The notes under the pieces: generated by a model
The model's input: the letters and a program-made list of their open reading frames with translations, nothing else
Databases searched by the model: none
Told to the model about the DNA's origin: nothing
Shown here: positions 47,101 through 58,000 of the stretch, piece after piece
Layout: each line of letters starts with the position of its first letter
How positions within the stretch are numbered: the first letter of the stretch is position 1
Position numbers and translations under genes: made by a program
DNA from: Octopus bimaculoides
Lineage: Eukaryota
NCBI RefSeq assembly: GCF_001194135.2
Contig: NC_069005.1
Span: 35,159,944-35,221,159 of the forward strand
Reading direction: 5' to 3'
Length of the DNA: 61,216 nt

Positions 47101-50100
47101 ACATTGTTTTTAACACTGAGCAATGTCCTGCAAAGAATGGTTTGTCAAATAGGAATGTGTCAAATATATCTGATAAACATTGCAACGAAAACAAAATGAG
47201 ATTTTCAAACTGACAAACCCAAAACCTTACAAATAAAATATTTCACCTCATTTTTGTTTGTGTTTTTGGAATCAATTAAGTTGATGATGATCCTGTTTGT
47301 TGTTGACACAACGTTTCGGCTGATATACTCTCCAGCCTTCATCAGGTGTCGTGGGGAAATTTGGAACCTGGATTCTCATTCCTAAGGTATGCCATATGCC
47401 CACGGGCATATGGTATAGTGGTTATGAGTGCGGGCTACTAACCCCAAGATTCCAAGTTCGATTTCAAGCAGTGACCTGAACAATAATAATAATAATAATA
47501 ACATCGAAAAATACCTTAGGAATGAGAACTCAGGTTTGAAATTTCCCCAAGACACCTGAAGAAGGCTGGAGGGTATATCAGCCGAAACGTTGTGTTAACA
47601 ACAAACAAGATGAGGACAAATATCTGTCGAATGTAAATAATTCCTCATCTCTTAAATATAGAATCAATAAAATTTCTTTTCTTCTCTTACCAGTGTCGAC
47701 TTGGTGCTCTTGGTGCACTTTCTGCCCTTATTGAGGGCACAAGACCCTTCTTGGCTGCAGCTGAGTACAGGTGAGTCATTTGTTATGTTGACCTCAGTAA
47801 AAAAAACAAAACAAACTATACACAGCAGTTATAGTCCCAGTGTCTTTAACTGTGTCACTAACATCTTTTAACTAACCTAAAATTCTCCTATGCCTAAACA
47901 TTGTTTAGTGTTGATATTAAAGTAATATATATGCATACACACACACACAGATATATATATATATAGTTTACTACCCCATTATAAGTGGGATCAACAAAAA
48001 AAGTACTTCATCCAGTGAAAAATAAATATCATTTTATAAGCACAATTTACATTAGAGCTGCAAGCCCAATCTTCCGAGTTCTTTTACAGACCATTCTGAT
48101 TATTTATGTCTGTCTGTCTGTCTTGTATGTACAGTTACATGATTTACAGCTCTACATAGATTACCATTATCCAGTCAGTGTTTATCATAATTTCCTCTTT
48201 CTCTCTCTCTCTACACACACATGTGTGTGTGTGAAAGTGAGTGATGCTATTAACACTTCTATATTATCCAGCATCTTTACCAATTATTGTTTATATTTCA
48301 TTGAAATAGTAATTCTTTGAAAACTCTGCAATATAATATCAACAAGTGTTTCTAAGATTCTTTGCTTTTTGCTTTTCTGTCTTTTCTTTTCAGTGATCAA
48401 GTCCGAACTGCTTTTATGCCATTCTCCCTTGTGCTTGGTTCAACTCTGAAAGAATTGCATCGTAGTTTGTTACTTGCTGTGGTTTCTGAGAATTATCCCC
48501 TCACCCTCACCCAGCTTGTGAAAGTACGTACAATTTATAGATTTAACACATTCTTCCATTGCACAATGGTCATTAGGCTATTTAGTCATTACAGCTATAT
48601 ATATTCGATGAGGGATTGCCTAGCTTGCTTCTCAACCACTTGGTTCTGGGTTCAGTCCCATTGCATGGCTAACTGAAGCCTTGTGGGATTCAGTTTGGAG
48701 GTGGAAGTTCTGTCGTGTATATATATGTGTGAAAGTGTTTGTGCCACCTTTAGTATATATTGTTTTAATGTCCATTGTTTCTGGCTTGTAGGGTTGGTCA
48801 AAGTTTATTTAGGCAGATTTATTTTATGGCTTGATGTCCTCCCCACCACCAACCCTCACTTGTTTCTGAACAAAGTAGTATTCCCCCATTGGCCAGATAT
48901 GTTCTCGCAGAATAATGGAAATCAATGACACTGCTTGTGTGACAGAGACAATCATGTGATGTCACGACACGCATACACACACACACATACACACACACAC
49001 ACCACACATATCAATCAGTGTTGGCATGGGTTGGACGAGGCTTTTTGGGGCAGTATTCTCTGGCAGGCTGCCCTTCCTGATGCCAAGATGCATCTACCAG
49101 ATTCCCTTCTCAAGAAATTGATTAACCTGGGACTGCTGTAGAAGACACTTGTCCAAAGTGCTGCATGGTGGGATTGAACCTGGAACCCCATGATTATGAA
49201 GAACACTTCTTAAGCACACATCCATGCCAAGAACTAGTTTTAGTTCTGGTACATTCTCCTCAATTTCTGTCTTGCTTTCCCAATCGCCATCTCTCCCAAT
49301 TGCCATGTCTCTCACTTGTATTTCCAGTTAATCAATGTTTCTCAATAATTTTTATTTGAATCTTGTTTCAGTGTATCTCAACCCTGGTGGCCAACAGCCC
49401 TTACCACAGATTGAAACCTGGTCTTTTGACTCGTATTGTCAAACAGTTGAAGTATCTGGTCAGGCATCGAGGTATGTAATCATCAAAACTGCATCTTCTT
49501 TTAATACCCTGGTACCAAGAGACACCATCAGGTTACCTCGGTACCTTGACTCTCCTGCAGCTCACTGGATCCTGTCAAACTGTCTGACCCATGCCAGCAT
49601 GGAAAGCAGACATTAAATGATGATGATGATGATGATGATAATCTGAGCTGACAAATCCCTGCCCTGTGTTCAAGGAATCTTTCTTAAAACTATCAACTGA
49701 CATCTTACTTTGTGTGTCTCTTTCTCTCTCAAACTCACACAACATAATGCCCGTTTCTATTTTATTCTTCAACCAATTATTTTCTGGTATATTTCAGACC
49801 CTAATATTCGTGTGGCCTGTTTGACTTGCTTTGGTGCCATTGTTAGTCTACAACCAGCCTTGGCCGAAGTATGTTACATCGTCCAGTCTTTAAAACCACC
49901 ATCAGGAGGAAATAGTACCACAGTGTCTGCTGACTGCAATACTAACGGCATCACTGAAGATGCAGTTACGGCTTGCAGTAAGGAGTTCCAGTTCACAGGA
50001 GATGGCATGGAGGGAGAGGTGGTGCCAAACCAACAAGATTATATGAAATGTGGTAGGCCTTTTTTTGGGGGGGGTTTATGTGTATATGTGTGTGAGAATG

Positions 50101-53100
50101 TTAATACTCAATGGATTCAGTTGTCATTCTTTGAAGGAAACTGATGTAACGTTTGTATTCTTTGTTGCCATTATGATTGGTAGTTCTGTGTTTTTAAAGA
50201 ATTCTGGAAAAACAAAAATTCCTTATTTGAAAAACACTAAACATGACTAGAAGTGTTGTTAAAAATTGTTTCAAATAACTCCCCATCTGACCCATACCAT
50301 CCTGGAAAAACAGACGTTAAACAAGCATGCATGTGTGTGTGTGTGTGCACGTATCTCCAAACTGATTCCTCCAAACTCTTTAATTCTTCTTCTCTCCTCT
50401 TTTAATTCTCTCCAGGTAGTTTTTCTGCTAGTGAACCACTCACCCCCATCAAAACTCCATCTGGATTGCAGACTCCTGTAATATTCCAAGACAAAAACAT
50501 CCAGAACCAGTTGCGAAATACATCTTGGTTGATAACGTTGTGTGTCCAGAACATCTTACCTCAACAGGTAAACAATAGTGATACAAATGTGGCCCACACA
50601 GCTGAACCTGTTCCAATACGTTTGGAATCTTTACAAATATTGGCACACCTCACCAAGAATTACTTCCCTATGATCAGGTAAATATGTGTTTAGAGAACAA
50701 TGATATACAACTGCCTTGTTATATGGTCTTTGAGTGAAAGGCAGATTGTATGATGTCTTGTTGCTATTTTGTATTAGACGTAGTTGAATACATGTAAGAA
50801 GAAAAAATCTCTTCTCTTTCCTTTAAGACATAGTATATCCATGAATAGATTTATCTCATGTCTGCTTCCATCTTTAAAATAGTAAAACATGATTTTGATA
50901 GAGATTTCACTGTTATTTCTTGTAGAAAATCATTCAGCAGGTCTAGGGTTGCACCAGGATCGAGAACTTACATTTGACGGCTTCCACATTGATCATGTCT
51001 TCAGATTGTATGGGATTCTCTTGAACAAATGAGAGTGTCTAAGACACCCACACCCTTCCATTAATTGACTTCTGCTAATTATATTTCCGTTTGGTGGATT
51101 ATGTCTTCACAGAACCACTGCCAAACAGTGTCTGCAGGATTCCTCTCAGCTCTATGGAACTCACTAACAATTTTACTTCATCAAAGACAAATACTCTTTG
51201 ACTGAGATAACTGTTTATATTTACAAAATCTTCATCTTAAATAACCCTTTTCTCTCATATGTGTGCGTGTGATTGTTTCTTTTTATAGTTGGTTGATGGT
51301 ATTGCAGAGATGGTAACTTAACCCCCTCTGCTGTTCCTGGGCTGTTTTCAGAAGCAAGAGCCCAGCCCCAGCTACCCTAACCACCTCTCTATTCAGGGAT
51401 ATGCTATGAAGAAAGACAAGTCAATACATTTGCAGCATCAATGAAGCTGAAGGGGATGTCAGTTATTGGTTAAGTATAACCATACATATCTGCCTTAGGG
51501 TCCCTCCCTCTGGATTTTCTGTAGGGGTCTACACCCTTAGCCATAGAAGATATTATGCTGGATCCTTGTAACCTTTACTCATAGAGAAGGATTAATTATG
51601 ATAAATTAATGATTTAGCATGTTTTTTTTTTTAATTCAGGAAAAATGTTGGACTCTTGAGAAATTTGATTCAAGCCTGTATGGAAGACAGTGAAGGGGTA
51701 CTCAAACTTCATGCCATCAAGGTACTTGTTTACTCTGAACAGTCATCATCATCATCATCATCACTTTTCTCTGTTGGCTTTGGTCAGAAGGAGAATTTAT
51801 CAGGACAGTATTCTATGGCTTGAGCCCATCTTGAGGCTGACCCTTAATTGTGTTTCATGTGAGGTACCTTTAATTTCACATAAAATACCTTTAATTCCAT
51901 AACCTCATCTGAACTACCCAACTGCTGGACATTTTGTACATTTAGGTCATAAACATTGTCACAAGCTGAAAAGTGTCATTGGGAAGGATGCATAAATGCA
52001 CATACACACACATGCTAGCTTCCTTACAGTTTCTATCTGCCAGATTTTACCCATGAGGTATTGGTCAGGTTATTTGGTGAAGTCCAGCGTGATTTGGTGC
52101 CAAAACAATTTGTGTGGCTTGCTGACCACCACATCAAAGTAATTCCTTGTCCAAGTAACTTCACCTTTCCTGAAACCCAGATGGAATCTATGGAATAGAA
52201 TTAAAAAGAATCTGGCCAATTTGTGTCCCAGTAATCAGATAGAATTGCTGGCTGTTATGGAAATCATCTGGGCTTCCATCAAACCAGAGCAATGTCACAT
52301 GTTGGCTTCACTCTGCCCTATGGTCATCGAATCCAAAGAGGAGCCAACCAAGTTCTAATATCTCAGGCCAACCTTACAGTTTTCACCAGTTTGTTCCATT
52401 ATAATACCACTTTCTGATATTTTGTGATATTGGGTTTTAATGATCACTTAAATGTTAGTTTATATTTTATGACATCTCAACTGTAATTAATAAATATTGA
52501 ACTCCAAGCTAAACTTGAACCCTTGTCATTTCAGTTACTTGATGAACTGACACAGGTTTTGAGCCAAGACTTACAGAACATCGACAACTCTAATGAACCG
52601 AATTCTGATATGTTCACTGTGGAACAGGTAAAGTGATTTTAACTGTTGATGTTGTTAATTATATCAGCTGTGGCTTCACTGCTGCCGCCACCACCACCAC
52701 CACCGTCTGCACGTCATTACATAATGTTATGATTGTTATATGTGACAGGTGTTGGAGTTCTGGGAATACCTGCTCAACGGACCATTACTGTCAGCACTCC
52801 AGTGTGAAGAGAATAGCCCAGTATGTGCAGCGGCCTGCGACTGTCTCTCTAACATCGGTTCAATGATTTTCCCCTTGCTTCCTGTAAGTATCAGGTTTAT
52901 TATTACATCTGCCATAGTGTGGAGGGAATTCCTTAGCCCTGCTATCAGTACATCACAATTCGTTTCTACAGTTGAGTGAACTGGAGCAATAAGAAACAAA
53001 GTATCTTGCTCAAGAACACAACACACAGCCCAGTCCAGGAATCGAACTCACTACCTCATGACTGTGAGCCTGATGCTCTAACCACTGAGACATGCCTAAA

Positions 53101-54279
53101 CTATTATCTGTAGAAATAAGGGTCATGAATTCATTCTTACTTGCCCTTTCTCTCTTCTTCTAAAACTGTAGCCCCTGATACCAGTTAACAGGTCAATTAG
53201 TAATTAGTAATTAAAAACAAAAAGTTTGCAGAATTTTTATTAAAAATTTTTTATATTTGGTCAAATTTTGTTTTATTTTTCTTCCCAGCGCCATCTTCGT
53301 ATCTTGTGTGTGACGTCAGTGCTAGGCCTAACGATGGGTGGAGACAAGCTGGTGATGGCCTCAGCAGTAAGGACCATCGGCGTCTATGTGTTGCAACCCT
53401 GCCTGCGTGATGTGAGTATTTCTATTAGAACACTTTTAAACAACACCTAACTCTACTGCATTACTACTGCACTCTGATGCTGCAAAACCACTGCTCTCAG
53501 TTACTATTCTGTTTCTTGGTTAAACAATTGACCCCTATTTACTTCCGGGAAGAAATAAAATATTTAACCTGTGTGTCCCTACATGTATATGTTTGTGTGT
53601 ATATGCTTATGTGGGTGAACGAGTACGTGTATCTTTTCTTCAGTTGATGTCCATTGCCCACTCTGGCATGGGTTGGGCTATATACATATATATATATATA
53701 TANNNNNNNNNNNNNNNNNNNNNNNNNNNNNNNNNNNNNNNNNNNNNNNNNNNNNNNNNNNNNNNNNNNNNNNNNNNNNNNNNNNNNNNNNNNNNNNNNN
53801 NNNNNNNNNNNNNNNNNNNNNNNNNNNNNNNNNNNNNNNNNNNNNNNNNNNNNNNNNNNNNNNNNNNNNNNNNNNNNNNNNNNNNNNNNNNNNNNNNNNN
53901 NNNNNNNNNNNNNNNNNNNNNNNNNNNNNNNNNNNNNNNNNNNNNNNNNNNNNNNNNNNNNNNNNNNNNNNNNNNNNNNNNNNNNNNNNNNNNNNNNNNN
54001 NNNNNNNNNNNNNNNNNNNNNNNNNNNNNNNNNNNNNNNNNNNNNNNNNNNNNNNNNNNNNNNNNNNNNNNNNNNNNNNNNNNNNNNNNNNNNNNNNNNN
54101 NNNNNNNNNNNNNNNNNNNNNNNNNNNNNNNNNNNNNNNNNNNNNNNNNNNNNNNNNNNNNNNNNNNNNNNNNNNNNNNNNNNNNNNNNNNNNNNNNNNN
54201 NNNNNNNNNNNNNNNNNNNNNNNNNNNNNNNNNNNNNNNNNNNNNNNNNNNNNNNNNNNNNNNNNNNNNNNNNNNNNNN

Positions 54280-54312
<33 letters not shown>

Positions 54313-55003
54313 CATATATGTAACTTCTGACCTTTACTGTAATGAATATATCTAGATAAAATAATGCAAACGACAAATTCCTTCTTCGTGATTACTTCAA
54401 GTTTCTTGTCTTGGAGATATTCATCAAATGGCATTCCGAACTCATCCCGGCTTTTCCAGAAAGAATTTTGGAGAATGAAAAGTAAAAAAATTCCATTTCT
54501 GTTTGCATCATTGTGCAGAGCTCTTAGATTGCAGAGATGAGATATTCCCCTTAATAGGACAATGAAATCTCAAGAATTCTTGTGAAAAAATAAATCATAA
54601 TGCAGAATAAGAATAAAGAGTTTTGGAAAATAAATTCGTAAAAATGGAAAGGGAAGAAATGAAGTAAAGAATAAACGACATCACTGAGACATTGGTTTTG
54701 TAATGTTTTTGATTTGACAATATTTCTGGCACCTAAATGTCAATGAAATCTCTTGTAATTGCTGAAGAAATAAGGAATTAATCTAAAAATAACTTTGTTT
54801 TCTTGCTTTTTTTTCTTTATCAGGACCTTTCTTTTATGTCTGATGCTGCTCACACCATTCTAACATTAGCTGCTGACCAAAGCACCACTGTCCGCATGAA
54901 GGCTACTTGGGCCCTTGCTAATTTCTGTGATGCATTGGCTATTAACAGGTGGGATCATTGTGTTTATATAACGTTTATATCTATATAACTGTTATTTAGA
55001 TGG

Positions 55004-55047
<44 letters not shown>

Positions 55048-58000
55048 NNNNNNNNNNCAGTCCTCAGTCAAATCGTCCAACCCATGCTAGCATGGAAAGC
55101 GGACGTTAAACGATGATGATGATGATGATGATGATGATATATACACACACACTTGTGTGTTTACAACTGAATAAGAATGTTAACATTTGTCTTAAATATT
55201 TGTGATGGATGGGCAGAATCATTAAACAAATCTTATTCTTTTGTGTACATTAATGTTTTGAGTTCAATCCCCTTCATAAGCAACTTGGCTCTTTACCGTT
55301 TTGGATTCAATGAAATAAAGTACCAGTCATGTACTGAGTTAATCTAATTCATGGATCAAAAACTACCCAGTTTTAACTTATTTTACTTTTTCTTACATCG
55401 ACCCCTGTTTATGTTATACAATGTCTTACATATAAAACTATTGCCATGAATCTCACTGTTTCTATCACTGACACTGTTTAAATAAGCAAATCTTTTAATT
55501 TTAATATAAAAAGGAAAACAATCTAACACAATCAACTGCTCAATGGACCCCAAATATAGGAAATTCGAGAAATTATCTGAGGCCCACAAAGAAGCCTCAA
55601 ATGGCCACAAGTGGACTAGAACCCACTTGTGGCTGATCCCTCATTTGATGGAACGTTACGTACCCTGAAATTTGTGGTTTAGTATTAGTGTTTGAATTCA
55701 GTGTCACAATTGTTGAGGTTTTCAGTTGTCCCCTTCTTGTAGTATGACTTTTAAACAATTTTACTGTACAACATCACTATTTTATTCTACTTATTTGTAT
55801 TTTATTGTGTTCGTTAAATATAATAAGTTAATTAACTGGGTTTGTTTATGATGATTGAAAAACAAATTGATAATGTCAAGTAGTTAATTATTTTATTGTA
55901 ATAAGGTTGTTGTGATAATATTCATATAAAACATTCCCCTGATTCCTGGTGACTTGAAACCCTAATAATTTTGTTATTCTCTCTCTCTCTTTGTAATTTC
56001 CAGAGAAAACCAGGAAACACAATTCATTGAAGACTTCTCTGATTCTTTATTACTAAAACTCTTTGAAGCAGCAACAAAAGCCTCCCAAAACAATGACAAA
56101 ATCCGTTCCAATGGAGTTCGAGCTTTAGGCAATCTACTCTGTTTTATTTCAGAAAAATCTCTGCGTGAGTTCTCACATGCGTCCTTACTCTTTATTCTTT
56201 ATTCTATAAACAACTTATAAACCCTTAAATTCATTTGTCACCTTTTGTTTTGCTTTTTAACAGATAAACACAAGGTTTAGCCATTGAAATAAATGGGTTT
56301 TCTGCAATTCCTGATTATAGTTTGTTTTGATGCTAAATTGGGAGAAGCATTTGTGTATTGGATAAAATACCTTGTGGTATTTATTGCTTCCTGCATTTCT
56401 TTGTTCAGATCCCACTAGCATCTCATTCTTTCATGATCAAAAGACAAAATGGGGAAACTGTTAGAACTGTTGCAGTATTTCTTTTCTATTCTAAGTTCAA
56501 ATACCACCTTGACCCATCAGCCCTCCATGGGTGGAATCAGAATTCATCTATACACTTGTACTTAACCATGGATAGCTTCTAAGCACTAAATAGTATTGAA
56601 TCTGCTGAGGGTAAAGTGGAGTGATGGGAGTGGTGGTAGTGGTTGCTTATGTGATAAATATGGTCTTTAGAAAGTCGAGCAACCACCTGTGAAGTTGCAT
56701 TGTGACTGATCAAAGTCCAACTTTTCCATTCCACAGGAAATCCAAACATTCAGTCCCATATTGAGACAGCCGTGAAATGTTTAGTTGAAAATGCTTCTGC
56801 AGGAATAATGAAGGTAAGTAACTGGCTTAATCTTAGCATTTAACTTGCTTTCTCTCCTTCACATATTTCATTCTTCGCCCAGAGATTTCTTCTTCATTTA
56901 TCTTTCCAGGTTAGCATCAATTAGAACGGAATTGATCTTGAGGTGTTACTTTTACAGCAGAATGTTCTTCTTGTTGCCAACCTCTACCTATTTATCAAAT
57001 GAAGGTTGTCTAATACAGAATAGGCCTTCAAAAACACAGAACAACCAGTTGTAATGTCAACAAGAGATGTAAACATTGTCACCATTTTGCTCAGATGGGA
57101 GTCTGATGTTTACGTTCCTTGTTCACTTTACAAGAAACATAATGTTGTAGTTCCAGACATAGTTTATAACCACTGACATAATATAGTACCAAATATAATA
57201 TATAACTCACCTCCTGTTTCATTGTCCACTCCACCATTGATGCTACTCCAAACACACACACACACGCACACACCCCTGCTACTCCACCTCTGTTATTTTG
57301 CTTCTCCCCCCCCCAACTCCTTCACCCATATTTGTTGCATCTTGAGATCCCATATCCCAATTTCCTTTTCTTTTAGGTTCGTTGGAATGCCTGCTATGCA
57401 CTGAGTAACTTACTTAAGAATTCACTGCTGCCCCATGGTGAAAAAACTGACTGGAGTGTAAGTTGAAATCACTTTCCACATCCTTCATTTTGTATCAAGA
57501 TTTCTCAGTTTGTGACTAAAGATTAACAAAATTGATTGAAATAGCAAATGAAGTCTACAGAGCTTTCATTATTCCTATAGTGGTGGGCATGGGAGGGGAA
57601 AGTGTTACATGTTTGCCTGTGATAGTTGTTTGGGTTGGAACAGCAGTCAAATGACTTCGAAACCACACTTTGCCTTATTAAAAATAGACACACAGGCACA
57701 GGAGTGGCTGTGTGGTAAGTAGCTTGCTTACCAACTACATGATTCCAGGTTCAGTCCCACTGCGTGGCACCTTGGGCAAGTGTCTTCTACTATAGCCTTG
57801 GGCCGACCAAAGCAGCTCCTTTCTTTTGATGAAGCTATTATTCTGGGTGAAGAAAAGACTGATTTGGTAGATGGAGTTCCATCAGATGCTCACCCCCCCC
57901 CCCCTCCACCAGTCAGGAAATGCAGTCAGTGGAAATTCCACATTGGCGAGAGAGAGAGAGAGCAATGACTCAGGAAACCTCAGCAGAGTTCCACAGGGAG

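Noticed and set aside
47404-47475. Functional tRNA gene
   Set aside because: Acceptor and anticodon stems do not pair fully and the sequence is fused to a repeat tail. All tRNA-like segments in the window are SINE heads.
13022-54434. Long ORFs in the track made of X runs (for example 18672-19640, 27940-29034, 35201-36565, 53539-54315)
   Set aside because: Artifacts of N-gaps and flanking (TA)n tracts.
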